Shown: positions 1-9,835 of the stretch, piece by piece
How positions within the stretch are numbered: the stretch's first letter is position 1
Layout of the letters: each line of letters starts with the position of its first letter
Origin: Vulcanimicrobiota bacterium
GTDB taxonomy: Bacteria > Vulcanimicrobiota > Vulcanimicrobiia > Vulcanimicrobiales > Vulcanimicrobiaceae
Assembly (NCBI GenBank): GCA_963695225.1
Contig: OY968762.1
Coordinates: 1,920,001-1,984,000, forward strand
Direction of reading: 5' to 3'
Length of the DNA: 64,000 nt
Made by a program: the position numbers and the translations under genes
Notes under the pieces: model-generated
Told to the model about the DNA's origin: nothing
The model's input: only the letters and a program-made list of their open reading frames with translations
Database searches by the model: none

Positions 1-2398
1 GCTCGAGCGTGGTCAACGCCGGATGCAGCGCGTGGACTCGCCGCGCGACGAGCTCCGCGAACATCTTCACGATCTCGTACGTGTAGCCCGCGGCAAGCGG
101 GACGACCACGTGGAATCCGGAGCCGCCCGAGGTCTTCACGAGCGGCTTCAGCCCGATCTCGCGGAGCGCCTCTCCGAATGCCAGCGTCACGCGCACGAGA
201 GTCGCGAGCGTGCACCCTTCCCACGGATCGATATCGAACAGCATGAAATCCGGGTGATCCAGCTTCGGCAACCGCGAGGTCCATGCGTGCAGGACGATCG
301 CCGCCAGATTCGCGAGATAGACGAGCGTCGCTTCGTCGTCGCAGACGACGTACTCGATCTTCCCGCGCTTCGCGCTCTCGCTTGCGATCTCGACGGTTCG
401 CACCCACGCGGGGACTCCGCGCGGCGCGTGCTTCTCGAAGAAGGACGGCGCGCCGATCCCGTCCGGGAAGCGTTCGAGCGTCAGCGGGCGGCCTCTCAGA
501 TAGGGGAGGATCGCCCCCGCGACCGAGCGGTAGTAGTCGATCGCATTGCCCTTGGTGAAGCCGTCCTGCGGCCACAGCACCTTCGAGCGGTTCGTGATCT
601 TCAGCGTGCGGCCGCCGACCCGGAGCGTCGATTCATCCTTGCCCGCATGGCGCGCTGCCCGCGGCTCGGCGCCGGACGGTTCCGTCGCGGGGCCGTTCGT
701 CACGCTGCGCTCATCGGCGCGCGCGGGCGGCTCATCCTTCGACGAGCGCAGGACGGCGGACGGCACGACTTCGCCGACGGGTCGCGGGGTCTCGCGGACG
801 CAGCTTCGCGGATCGCGATCGGAACGGAGCGCGACGAACACCGGTTGGCGCAACATCCCGTCGTTCGTCCACGAGGCGAATTCGATCTCCGCGACGAGTT
901 GCGGCTCGACCCAATGCGCGCGCGATTGCGTCTTCGGTATCTCGCGGACCGGCGCGGTCGCGATCTCGAGCGCACGCAGGCGCGTCCCGATCTCCTCGAG
1001 CAGCCGCTCGTCGAAACCCGAGCCGACCGAACCCACGTAGACGAGCGCGTCGCCCTCGTAGAGGCCGAGCATCAGGCCGCGAAAGCTCGTGCGCCGAGCG
1101 GGGCTCTCGGTCCAGCCCACGACGACGCACTCTTGCCGGCGGCGCGCCTTGATCTTCACCCAATCGCGGCTCCGTTGCGAGACGTAGCGGCTATCGAGCC
1201 GCTTGCCGACGATGCCTTCGAGCCCCTCGCGCCGCGCGAGTTCGAACAGCGCGCGGCCGCTCCCCACGACGTGCTTGCTCAAGAGCACCCCCTGCCCGTC
1301 CGTTTTGAGCGCGGCGAGCCGCCGCTGCCGTTCGGCGAGCGGCTCGCCGCGCAGATCGCGCCCGCCCGCGTAGAGCAGATCGAACGCCACGAAGGTCGCG
1401 GGCAAATCGGCGCGCTTCCCGGCGCGCCCGAAGCGGTCCAAGCGTTGCTGCAGCGCCGCGAACGAGGAGTGCCCCCGTTCGTCCAGCACGACGATCTCGC
1501 CGTCGAGGATCAGCGGGCGCTCGCGAAAAGCGGCGGCGATCCCCTCGAGTTCGGGGAACGCTCCGTCGAAGCTCGTCCCGCGCCGCGAGCGAAAGCGCAC
1601 CGAACCGTCGCGCGCGATCGTGCAGAGCGTGCGATACCCGTCCCATTTCAGCTCGAATCCCCAGCGGTCGTCGTCGAACGCGCGGTCGACGGGCGTCGCG
1701 AGCATCGGGCCTTCGATCTCCGGAAGCGGATCGTCCGACGGATCTTTCGAGGCCCAACGCGCCGCGTTCGGATCGGCGCCGACTTCGGCGAGCGTCCGCC
1801 CGGAAACGGCGGAGGTCGCGAAGTCCTCGATGCGCCAGTTCGGATCGTCGTAATCATCGTGGTCTTTGAGGAGCAGCCACGCGTTTTCTTCCGCCTGCTT
1901 TCCGTGCATCCGCACGAGCGTGAACAGGCCGCGCAGGCGCTCCCCCGCGAGTACGAACTTGAGCTTCCCCTTCGCGATCTCCGCCGCCGGATCGGTGCCT
2001 TCGTAGAGCGCGTACAGGCCGCGGTCCCACACGATCACCTGCCCCGCGCCGTACCCGCCCTTCGGGATGATGCCCTCGAAGTCGCGGTAATCGTAGGGAT
2101 GGTCCTCGACCTGCACCGCGAGCCGCTTCTCGCCCGCCTTCATCGACGGCCCGCGCGGAACGGCCCACGATTTCAGCACACCGTCCGCTTCGAGCCGAAA
2201 ATCCCAATGCAGTCGCGTCGCGCGATGCATCTGCACGACGAACGGGCGGGAAGGGCCGCTCGACGCCGGGCCCGCGGCGCCGGCGGGCTCCGGCGTCCGG
2301 CCGAAATCGCGCTTGGCGACGTAGGCATCGAGCGCAGCGGGCGGCGCGGCCGCCTCCCCGGGCGAAGGCTCGCGGCGCGAGCCGCGCTTCTCGGACAA
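1..2398 (-). CDS. ligD: NHEJ DNA ligase D (phosphoesterase, ligase and polymerase domains), 3' end runs off the window
   Basis: Manual minus-strand translation from TTG at 2398 after a GAGGAGG RBS gives LDAYVAKRDFGRTPEP and FVVQMHRATRLHWDFRLEADGVLKSWAVPRGPS (PE domain), then ELKWDGYR (ligase motif I) and PriS-like polymerase sequence. It is absent from the ORF track because it has no stop in the window. Confidence 0.93.
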   Translation of the reverse strand, partial: MSEKRGSRREPSPGEAAAPPAALDAYVAKRDFGRTPEPAGAAGPASSGPSRPFVVQMHRATRLHWDFRLEADGVLKSWAVPRGPSMKAGEKRLAVQVEDHPYDYRDFEGIIPKGGYGAGQVIVWDRGLYALYEGTDPAAEIAKGKLKFVLAGERLRGLFTLVRMHGKQAEENAWLLLKDHDDYDDPNWRIEDFATSAVSGRTLAEVGADPNAARWASKDPSDDPLPEIEGPMLATPVDRAFDDDRWGFELKWDGYRTLCTIARDGSVRFRSRRGTSFDGAFPELEGIAAAFRERPLILDGEIVVLDERGHSSFAALQQRLDRFGRAGKRADLPATFVAFDLLYAGGRDLRGEPLAERQRRLAALKTDGQGVLLSKHVVGSGRALFELARREGLEGIVGKRLDSRYVSQRSRDWVKIKARRRQECVVVGWTESPARRTSFRGLMLGLYEGDALVYVGSVGSGFDERLLEEIGTRLRALEIATAPVREIPKTQSRAHWVEPQLVAEIEFASWTNDGMLRQPVFVALRSDRDPRSCVRETPRPVGEVVPSAVLRSSKDEPPARADERSVTNGPATEPSGAEPRAARHAGKDESTLRVGGRTLKITNRSKVLWPQDGFTKGNAIDYYRSVAGAILPYLRGRPLTLERFPDGIGAPSFFEKHAPRGVPAWVRTVEIASESAKRGKIEYVVCDDEATLVYLANLAAIVLHAWTSRLPKLDHPDFMLFDIDPWEGCTLATLVRVTLAFGEALREIGLKPLVKTSGGSGFHVVVPLAAGYTYEIVKMFAELVARRVHALHPALTTLE

Positions 2399-2425
2399 CG
2401 GAGACCTCCTCTCGGTGCCGGTCTT

Positions 2426-3580
2426 CTAGTACCTATAGAACGTGCGCCAAAACCACGCGCCCCAAACGCCGAATGCAATCGAATACCCGCATAAGACCGC
2501 GCCCCAGGCGGGCATTCCACCGCGTACGCCGAGCGCCATCAAGACGAACAGAAACGGCTCGAAATCGAGCGCGTGGCGCATGCCGAACTGCGTCGCGCCG
2601 TTCGCATAGTAGAGAATCGACGGTACGAAGATCAGCAGCGTGGCCGCCCACATCGCGAGCGCGAGCCGGCGCGGCGTGCGCGCGAGAAACGCGAGCGCGA
2701 GCGCCGGGCTCGTCCACGTTAGGGCGATCCCCACGATCGTCGGGACGACGTACGGCCACTGCGCGTAGAACGCGGGCGTCAGCAGGAAGAACGAGTACAG
2801 CTCGAACGGCACGTATTTCAACTTGAACGGAGGGCCGGCCGGATCGCCGATGGGATCCTCGTGATACCAGGTCGCGTAGCCTACGTCGAACGGCTGCCCC
2901 CAGCGCAGTTCGTTATAGCCGACCCACAGCAGCGCGAACGGCAGCAAACACAGCACGTACGAGAGCAAGACGCGGCGGCGCTCTTCGGGCGAGGCTCGAT
3001 CGAGCGAGAGCAGCACGGCGTAGACGGGCACGATCAGCACTAGGACGAAACGCGATTCGAACGCCGCAGCAGCGCACAGCGCGACGATCCAGGCGCGCCT
3101 GCGCCCGAGGAGCTCGGCGAGCGCGAGGAGCGTGAATGCGACCGCCGCAACGTGCGCGATGAACCACACGTCGCCGAGCATCGCGCACCAGTAGAGATCC
3201 GTGCCGAGCAACAGAAAAGCGCACAGCCACGCATTCGTCTCGCGCGAGAGTCCGAGCCGCTCTCCGATCGTCCACGCGGCGCCGAGCGCGATTCCGCCTA
3301 GGGCTGCGGCCAGCGCGGTTTGATTCGCCCACATTCCCGTCAGCGCGACGAACGGCAACATCAGAACGGCCGGAAGCGGCGCCTCGATGATGTAATAATG
3401 CCCGCCGTACAGGAGCGCGTCGATACCCGCCTGGGGAGGATCGATCCAGACGCGCCCGTGCAAGAACGCGTCGGCGAGCAGGACGTAATTGTTGTACGGC
3501 GTGGATTTGAATCCCGAGCCGAGCATGATCGCCCCGAAAGCGAGTGCCGCGACCGCGAGCGCCGGCCTTACGGGAGAGGT
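2426..3580 (-). CDS. Polytopic membrane protein, GT-C glycosyltransferase-like; start approximate
   Basis: Many hydrophobic segments; motifs YNNYVLLADAFLHGR and QFGMRHALDFEPF are shared with the paralog at 61125-62312. Confidence 0.65.
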   Translation of the reverse strand, partial: TSPVRPALAVAALAFGAIMLGSGFKSTPYNNYVLLADAFLHGRVWIDPPQAGIDALLYGGHYYIIEAPLPAVLMLPFVALTGMWANQTALAAALGGIALGAAWTIGERLGLSRETNAWLCAFLLLGTDLYWCAMLGDVWFIAHVAAVAFTLLALAELLGRRRAWIVALCAAAAFESRFVLVLIVPVYAVLLSLDRASPEERRRVLLSYVLCLLPFALLWVGYNELRWGQPFDVGYATWYHEDPIGDPAGPPFKLKYVPFELYSFFLLTPAFYAQWPYVVPTIVGIALTWTSPALALAFLARTPRRLALAMWAATLLIFVPSILYYANGATQFGMRHALDFEPFLFVLMALGVRGGMPAWGAVLCGYSIAFGVWGAWFWRTFYRY

Positions 3581-3684
3581 TACGCGCAAGCTGGAATAGT
3601 CAGGGCTTTCCCCCGGCTCCACCAAGGATCGACGATGCTTCCCCGAGTTTCCCGCGCGTGCACAACGCCGCCCCATTTCACGCC

Positions 3685-5289
3685 ATGAACGGCACGCGCC
3701 TTTCCTCCGTCCGCGTCGTCGTCGCAGAACCCTTCGCCGAGAGCGGCCTCGCCGTGCTCCGCGAAGCGGGGATCGAGATCGTTTCCTGCGTCGGCAAATC
3801 GCCCGATGCGCTGCACGCGGCGCTGGCGGATGCGGACGGATTGATCGTCCGTTCCGAGACGCGCGTCGACCGTGCGCTGCTCGGATTCGGCCCGAAGCTC
3901 GCCGTCGTGGCGCGCGCCGGCGTCGGCGTCGATGCGATCGACGTTCCCGCCGCGACCGAGGCCGGGATCGTGGTCCTCAACACGCCCGGCGCGAACACGC
4001 TCGCAGCTACGGAACAAACCTTCGCGCTCATGCTCTCCCTCGCGCGCTTCACCGCCGATGCGGTCGCTTCGATCCGCGCCGGAAGGTGGGAGCGCAAGCC
4101 GTTCATCGGAACGGAGCTCGCGCGCAAGACGCTCGGCATCGTCGGCCTCGGCCGCATCGGCGGCGCCGTCGCGACGCGCGCCGCCGCGTTCGGCATGAAG
4201 CTGCTCGCATACGATCCGTACATCTCCGCGGCGCGTGGGGCGGCGCTCGGCGCGCTCCTCGTCCCGCTCGATGAGCTCCTGGCGCGCGCCGACATCGTCA
4301 CGCTCCACGTCCCGCTCTCGAACCAAACGATCGGCATGATCGGGGCCGCGCAACTCGCCGCGATGAAGCGGAGCGCGCTGCTGATCAATTGCGCGCGCGG
4401 AAGCGTCATCGACGAAACGGCGCTCCTCGAGGCGCTCGATGCCGGGACGATCGCGGGCGCCGCGATCGACGTCGTCGCGCAGGAACCCCCGCCACGGGAC
4501 GGGACGGGCGCGAAGCTGCACCGCCACCCGAAGGTAATCGCGACGCCGCATCTCGGCGGCTCGACGCACGAAGCACTCGAGCGGATCGCGATCGAGCTCG
4601 CGAATGACGTCGCGAGCGTTCTGCTCGGCGGCCCCGCGGCGGCGGCCGTCAACGCGCCGATCGCCACCGGGCCGGACGCGGAACGGCAACGGCCGTTCAT
4701 CGATCTCGCCTATCGCATCGGGCGCCTCTACCCGCAGATCGCGAGCGAACCCGCCTTGCCGCCGTTCGCGTTCATCATTCAGGGGAAGCTTGCCGAATAC
4801 GATTCCGCGCCGCTCGTAACGGCGTTCCTGAGCGGGCTGCTGCAGATGACGACCGACCGGCGCGTCTCGATCGTGAACGCGCCGGCGATCGCGGCCGAAC
4901 ACGGCGTTCGCGTCGACGTCCGCACCGACGAGAACGCGGGCGCGTACTCTTCGACGATCCGCGTCGAAGGCGGCGGGACGTCGATCGCCGGAACCGCCGG
5001 TGCCGCAGGCGCGCGCATCGTCGCGATCGACGATTACGAGATCGAGACCGCGCCGACCGGCGCGATGCTCATCACCGAGCATCGCGACGTGCCGGGCGTG
5101 ATCGGCAAGGTCGGGACGATCCTCGGCGAGGACCAGATCAACATCTCGACGATGCAGGTCTCGCGCGTCAAAGCCGGCGGCGCCGCGATCATGGTGCTCG
5201 CGACCGACCGGCGCGCCGAGGCGCCGACGATCGAACGGCTGCGCGCGATCCCGGGGATCCGGAGCGTGCGGGCGATCGAATTGCCGTGA
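3685..5289 (+). CDS. serA: D-3-phosphoglycerate dehydrogenase with C-terminal ASB/ACT domains
   Basis: RAGVGVDAID, GLGRIG Rossmann motif, INCARG, TPHLGGST, C-terminal HRDVPGVIGKVG ACT domain; ATG at 3685. Confidence 0.95.
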   Translation: MNGTRLSSVRVVVAEPFAESGLAVLREAGIEIVSCVGKSPDALHAALADADGLIVRSETRVDRALLGFGPKLAVVARAGVGVDAIDVPAATEAGIVVLNTPGANTLAATEQTFALMLSLARFTADAVASIRAGRWERKPFIGTELARKTLGIVGLGRIGGAVATRAAAFGMKLLAYDPYISAARGAALGALLVPLDELLARADIVTLHVPLSNQTIGMIGAAQLAAMKRSALLINCARGSVIDETALLEALDAGTIAGAAIDVVAQEPPPRDGTGAKLHRHPKVIATPHLGGSTHEALERIAIELANDVASVLLGGPAAAAVNAPIATGPDAERQRPFIDLAYRIGRLYPQIASEPALPPFAFIIQGKLAEYDSAPLVTAFLSGLLQMTTDRRVSIVNAPAIAAEHGVRVDVRTDENAGAYSSTIRVEGGGTSIAGTAGAAGARIVAIDDYEIETAPTGAMLITEHRDVPGVIGKVGTILGEDQINISTMQVSRVKAGGAAIMVLATDRRAEAPTIERLRAIPGIRSVRAIELP

Positions 5290-5933
5290 TCTATCTCGCT
5301 CGCCACGGCGAGACGACCTGGAACGTCGCCGGGCGCTACCAGGGAAGGCTCGAATCGGCGCTCTCCGCGCTCGGAGTCCGGCAAGGGATCGCCCTCGCGG
5401 AGTACTTCGTGCAACGCCTCGAGCGGGACGAGCCGGTGCCGGCGCGCGTGCTCTCGAGCCCGCTGCTGCGCTGCACGGCGACGGCCCAGTTCACCGCGAC
5501 CCGCCTCGACCTCGCCGTCGAAACCGACGAGCGCCTGATCGAGATCGCGCACGGAACGTGGGAAGGCCGCTATCGCGAAGAGCTTGCCCGCAACGATCCC
5601 GAGCGCTACCGGAACTGGCGCGAAGACCCCGCGCACGTCGCCTTCGAGAACGGGGAGACGCTCTCCGAGGTCGCGGCGCGCTGGGAGGCGTTCGCCGCGC
5701 ATCTGCTCGCGCAGCCGGATGAAGAGATGCTCGTCGTCACCCACGACGCCGTCGTGCGCGTCGCGCTCCTGTGGCTCGAGGAGCGTCCGCTCGACGATTT
5801 TTGGGCGATGCCCGTCGAGAACGCGGCCTTCGCGCGCATCGAACGCTCCGGCAGCGGCCTGCGCCTGGTCGAAGCCTGCCACACCGAGCACCTCGCCGGC
5901 CTGCGCGCATCGATGGCCGGGCAAGCGCTCTGA
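5286..5933 (+). CDS. Histidine phosphatase, probable metal-independent phosphoserine phosphatase (PspA/iPSP type)
   Basis: RHGET-WN-GRYQG, SSPLLRC, EIAHGTWEG, VTHD; GTGA overlap with serA. Confidence 0.85.
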   Translation: MIYLARHGETTWNVAGRYQGRLESALSALGVRQGIALAEYFVQRLERDEPVPARVLSSPLLRCTATAQFTATRLDLAVETDERLIEIAHGTWEGRYREELARNDPERYRNWREDPAHVAFENGETLSEVAARWEAFAAHLLAQPDEEMLVVTHDAVVRVALLWLEERPLDDFWAMPVENAAFARIERSGSGLRLVEACHTEHLAGLRASMAGQAL

Positions 5934-6298
5934 CGCGCTCGTAGTACGCACGGTACCTGTATGACGGCGCGCGCGCGATTCGTCCCGGTGAATCGTGCCG
6001 CCGCAATGCAGGCGCGGGAAGGCGTTGCCATAAAGCCCTAGCGCATTACAGCGACGTCTTTCATGCTGCCGTGTGGTACAACGCTCGAGAAACACAATGC
6101 ACTCGCTCCGCGATCCTTACCGGGTTCGCGGCATTGCCGTTGAGCCTCGGGGCGGCGGCCCATCGCACGTTGCTTTTGCGCGCAGAGCCTGATGGCGCCG
6201 CACCTTCACGAGCGCCTCGCTGCGCGCAGCGTACGCGCGCATACAACCATCCCGCAAGCGAACCCCGCTAGGAGTTCGGCTCATCGAAGAGGAGTGTC

Positions 6299-6991
6299 TT
6301 GGAAGCTATCATCCGTAGAATCGTCACGGCTGCCGCCGCGGCAACCCTCGCATGCGCCGCGCTCGCGGCGCCTTCGGTCGCCTCGACTGCTGCTCACCCC
6401 GAATGCGACGCCCGCTCCCATTCGTCGGATACGACCGGCCGTTGCGAGCTCGCCGCGGTCGCCACGCCCGCCGCAGTCGCCACGCCCGCCGCGGTCGCGA
6501 CTCCCGCCGCGGATTCGGCGCCGCTCGCTCCCGGGACGCAACTCACCGGAACGCTCGACCAAGAGCTGGCTTCGGCGTCGGCAAACGCCGGCGACGCCTT
6601 CACGCTTTCGGGCGTGCACACGCAAGATCTGACGCTCGCGGATGCGACGATCTTCGGCCACGTCGCACAGGTCGATCGCGCGGGTCAAGGCCGCCCGGGG
6701 AAGATCGCGCTCGCCTTCGACAAGGTCCGGCTGAAGTCGGGAGCCGTGTACTCGCTCGAAGGCGCGAACGCCGTCAAGCTCGAGGTCGATACGAAGAGCA
6801 ACGCGCTCAAGGAAGCCGGCGGCGTGGTCGGAGGCGGCATCGTCGGCAGAGTGCTCCTCGGGCGGCGCGCCGCCTTGGCCGCGGCCGCCATAGGGTACTT
6901 CGTCGCGAAGAACAACCGCGCGAACGTCACGATACCCAAGACCTCGACGGTCGTCGTGCAGGTCAGCCGAGCGCTAAGGCAGGCACAGTAG
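6299..6991 (+). CDS. Secreted hypothetical protein with an AAVATP x3 linker, a beta-rich domain and a C-terminal glycine zipper
   Basis: AGAGGAG RBS before TTG; signal-peptide-like N-terminus; GGVVGGGIVG zipper. Confidence 0.7.
   Translation: MEAIIRRIVTAAAAATLACAALAAPSVASTAAHPECDARSHSSDTTGRCELAAVATPAAVATPAAVATPAADSAPLAPGTQLTGTLDQELASASANAGDAFTLSGVHTQDLTLADATIFGHVAQVDRAGQGRPGKIALAFDKVRLKSGAVYSLEGANAVKLEVDTKSNALKEAGGVVGGGIVGRVLLGRRAALAAAAIGYFVAKNNRANVTIPKTSTVVVQVSRALRQAQ
6452..6511 (+). repeat. In-frame 18-bp tandem repeat x3.3 encoding AAVATP
   Basis: gccgcggtcgccacgccc / gccgcagtcgccacgccc / gccgcggtcgcgactccc. Confidence 0.9.
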
Positions 6992-7032
6992 CGCTTCGAC
7001 CCTCCGCAACGCGTTCTAGGGCGGCGCCGGCG

Positions 7033-8331
7033 CTACTGCGCCCGCCGCCGGCGCCGCCCCGCCGGTGCGAACGCCGCCGCGGAGTCCGCGGAGCGCCTGC
7101 GCCCGGCCGGTTTCTCGAACGCGGCGCCGGCGTGCCGGCTCGCCGGAGCGGCGGGCCGGCGATGCGCGACCGGAAGGGCCGCGGCCTGGTTAGCTTGCAC
7201 CGGCGCGGCGGCCGGAAGCTCCGGGGTCTTCGAGCGATTCAGGCGCTTCCCGAGCGCGCGCTCGATCTGCGCGAAGTACTTCTCTTCGTCGGAGGCGACG
7301 AACGTGATCGCGTTCCCGGTCGCGCTCGCGCGGGCGGTCCGGCCGACGCGATGCACGTAGTCGTCGGGGACCATCGGGACGTCGAAGTTCACCACGTGCC
7401 CGAGCTCGACGATGTCGATCCCGCGCGATGCGATGTCCGTCGCGACGAGGACGCGATACTTCCCGCGCTTGAACTCCTCGATCGCGCGCCCGCGCTGCGC
7501 CTGCGAGCGGTTGCTGTGGATCCGCTCGACCGTCACGGCGTGCTTCTGCAGATGGGCGAAGAGCCGGTCGGCGCGCGCCTTCGTGCGTGTGAACGCGATC
7601 GCGCTGTAGATCGTGTTGTCCTTGAGGAGTTCGACGAGCAGGTCGTTCTTGCGTGACTGCTCGACGGCGTAAATCGTCTGCGTGATGCCGGCGGCGGGGC
7701 CCTTCGCCGGAGCGAGATCGATGCGCACGGGATCGCGCAGGAACTGGCCGGCGAGCGCCGCGATCTCGGCGGAGATCGTCGCGGAGAAGAGCATCGTCTG
7801 CCGTTCGGCGGTGAGCTCCCGCACGATGCGGCGGACGGCCGGCAGGAAGCCCATGTCGAGCATGCGGTCCGCCTCGTCGATCACGAGGAACGAGATGCCG
7901 GCGAGCGAGGCCGTCCGCTGCGTGAGGTGATCTTGCAAGCGCCCCGGCGTCGCGACGATGACGTCGGTCCCGCGCTTGAACGCCGCCGCCTGCGCGCCGA
8001 AGCCGACGCCGCCGTAGACGGCGGCGATGCGGACGCCGCTGTGCGCGGCGAGCGCCGTGAGGTGAGCGGCGATCTGAACGGCGAGTTCTCGCGTCGGCGC
8101 GAGGATCAACGCGCGGGTCTTCCCGCGCGGCAGATCGGCGAGCGCCTGCAGGAGGGGGAGGCCGAAGGCCGCTGATTTTCCGCTGCCCGTCGCGGCGCTC
8201 GCGAGGACGTCGCGTCCGGCGAGGGCCGGCGGGATCGCCGCCGCTTGCACGGGGGTCGGTACGGTGAAGCCGATCTCGCGGACCGCGCGCAGCAGCGCCG
8301 GTCGCAGACCAAGAGAGTCAAAAGTCGACAA
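7033..8331 (-). CDS. DEAD-box RNA helicase (RhlE-like)
   Basis: Q motif PTPVQ, ATGSGKS, PTRELA, DEAD, SAT, HRVGRTAR. Confidence 0.95.
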   Translation of the reverse strand: MSTFDSLGLRPALLRAVREIGFTVPTPVQAAAIPPALAGRDVLASAATGSGKSAAFGLPLLQALADLPRGKTRALILAPTRELAVQIAAHLTALAAHSGVRIAAVYGGVGFGAQAAAFKRGTDVIVATPGRLQDHLTQRTASLAGISFLVIDEADRMLDMGFLPAVRRIVRELTAERQTMLFSATISAEIAALAGQFLRDPVRIDLAPAKGPAAGITQTIYAVEQSRKNDLLVELLKDNTIYSAIAFTRTKARADRLFAHLQKHAVTVERIHSNRSQAQRGRAIEEFKRGKYRVLVATDIASRGIDIVELGHVVNFDVPMVPDDYVHRVGRTARASATGNAITFVASDEEKYFAQIERALGKRLNRSKTPELPAAAPVQANQAAALPVAHRRPAAPASRHAGAAFEKPAGRRRSADSAAAFAPAGRRRRRAQ

Positions 8332-8400
8332 GGTGATCCGTCTTATGAAGAGCGCGCAACAGAACGCTCAAGACGAACGATCACGCTGGTGTAACGCGTC

Positions 8401-8409
8401 ATTATCGCA
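8401..8409 (-). promoter_or_regulatory. Candidate extended -10 (TGcGATAAT) for the helicase gene
   Basis: Reverse complement of attatcgca, about 70 bp upstream of the start. Confidence 0.4.
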
Positions 8410-8603
8410 CGCCCGCAGGCGCCCGTCAAACCGGCTCGCTTCACGGAGCGACCGCATGCTTGCCGCGATCGGCCGTCCGCGCGCTCTCCGGTTTCAACCG
8501 GTGGAATTGTGACGCAGCCCCTTCAGCGCCGCTAATGGCGCGCGCCGCCGCCGCCGATTTAAAGATGGACTGCTCTCCGACGACTGCGGGGCTACTCTTG
8601 TTT

Positions 8604-9830
8604 ATGCGCCATCTCGCCGCCTTGACACTCCTCGCGTCCCTCGGGCTCGCTGCAACGCCGGCGCTCCCCGCACGGGCCGACGACGGGACGATCGTGCTCG
8701 GCTCGCCGCTTTCGCTGAGCGGTTCGCTCTCGAACGAAGGGAAAGACGCTCAGGAAGGCCAGGATCTCTGGCTGAACTACGTCAATTCGCACGGCGGCCT
8801 GCGGGTCGGCGGAAAGACCTATAAGGTCCAGATCAAGTATTACGACAACGCGTCCGACGTCAAGCAGACCGCCGCGCTCGCGCAGAAACTGATCGACGAG
8901 GACCACGTCACTGCGATCCTCGGGCCGTATAGCTCGGCGCACACGATCGCCGCCGCACCCGTCGCCGAACGGCGCTCGATCCCGCTCATCAACAGCAGCG
9001 GCGCGGCCGATTCGATCAACAATCAGGGTTACCGCTATACGTTTTCGACGCTCTCGCCCGCGACGAAGCGGCTCGTCGGGCTGATCGAGTTCGCCTCGAA
9101 GCGGACGCCGAAACCCTCGTCGCTCGCGATCGCGGCCTCCAACGACGCGTTCTCGCTCGACGTACGCCGCGGCGTCATCGAGTCCGCGAACAACCACGGC
9201 ATCAAGGTGGTCTTCAGCGGCGTGTACTTGCCGGACGGCTCCGATATCGCATCGGTCGTCGCCCAGCTCAAGGCCGCGAACCCCGACATCGTCCTGAACG
9301 CGGGGCACGTCGAAGACGCGATCGCGTTCACGAAGCAACTCAAGCTACAGAACGTCGGCGCGAAAATCTACGGGTACGCGATCGGGCCGGACGTCCTCGG
9401 GTTCCGTCAAGCGCTCGGCAACGACGCGAACTACCTCTACAGCAGCGTGCAATGGTCCGACGCCGTCGGCTACGCCGGCGAAGCGGGATTCTACGCGACC
9501 GCGAAAGAGTATGCGCGCGCCTATGCGGCCGCGTACGGGCACGAACCTTCGTACATCGCGGCGCAGGCGACGGCGGGCTGCCTTGCGTTCCAATATGCAT
9601 TGCGCCGGGCGCGTTCGCTCGACGGCCCCGACCTTCGCGACGCGCTCGCGAACCTCGACGTCGTCACGTTCTTCGGCCTCCTGAAATTCGATCAGCGCGG
9701 CTCCAACGTGTTCAAGCCGAACGTGACGGTCCAGATCCAGAACGGCAGGCTCGTCACCGTCTATCCCAAGCGTTGGGCCGAAGCCGCGGCCGTGTATCCG
9801 GGCATTCCTTGGGCCACGGCGGCGCGCTGA
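8604..9830 (+). CDS. Branched-chain amino acid (LivJ/K-family) ABC substrate-binding protein
   Basis: Signal peptide; GSPLSLSG, VNSHGG, YYDNASD, ILGPYSS motifs of the periplasmic binding fold. Confidence 0.88.
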   Translation: MRHLAALTLLASLGLAATPALPARADDGTIVLGSPLSLSGSLSNEGKDAQEGQDLWLNYVNSHGGLRVGGKTYKVQIKYYDNASDVKQTAALAQKLIDEDHVTAILGPYSSAHTIAAAPVAERRSIPLINSSGAADSINNQGYRYTFSTLSPATKRLVGLIEFASKRTPKPSSLAIAASNDAFSLDVRRGVIESANNHGIKVVFSGVYLPDGSDIASVVAQLKAANPDIVLNAGHVEDAIAFTKQLKLQNVGAKIYGYAIGPDVLGFRQALGNDANYLYSSVQWSDAVGYAGEAGFYATAKEYARAYAAAYGHEPSYIAAQATAGCLAFQYALRRARSLDGPDLRDALANLDVVTFFGLLKFDQRGSNVFKPNVTVQIQNGRLVTVYPKRWAEAAAVYPGIPWATAAR

Positions 9831-9835
9831 GCGGC

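Noticed and set aside
23..2494. 823-aa plus-strand ORF
   Set aside because: Antisense shadow of ligD; Arg-rich with no motifs, typical of high-GC codon bias
6097..6192. 31-aa small ORF in the intergenic region
   Set aside because: No clear RBS or recognisable features
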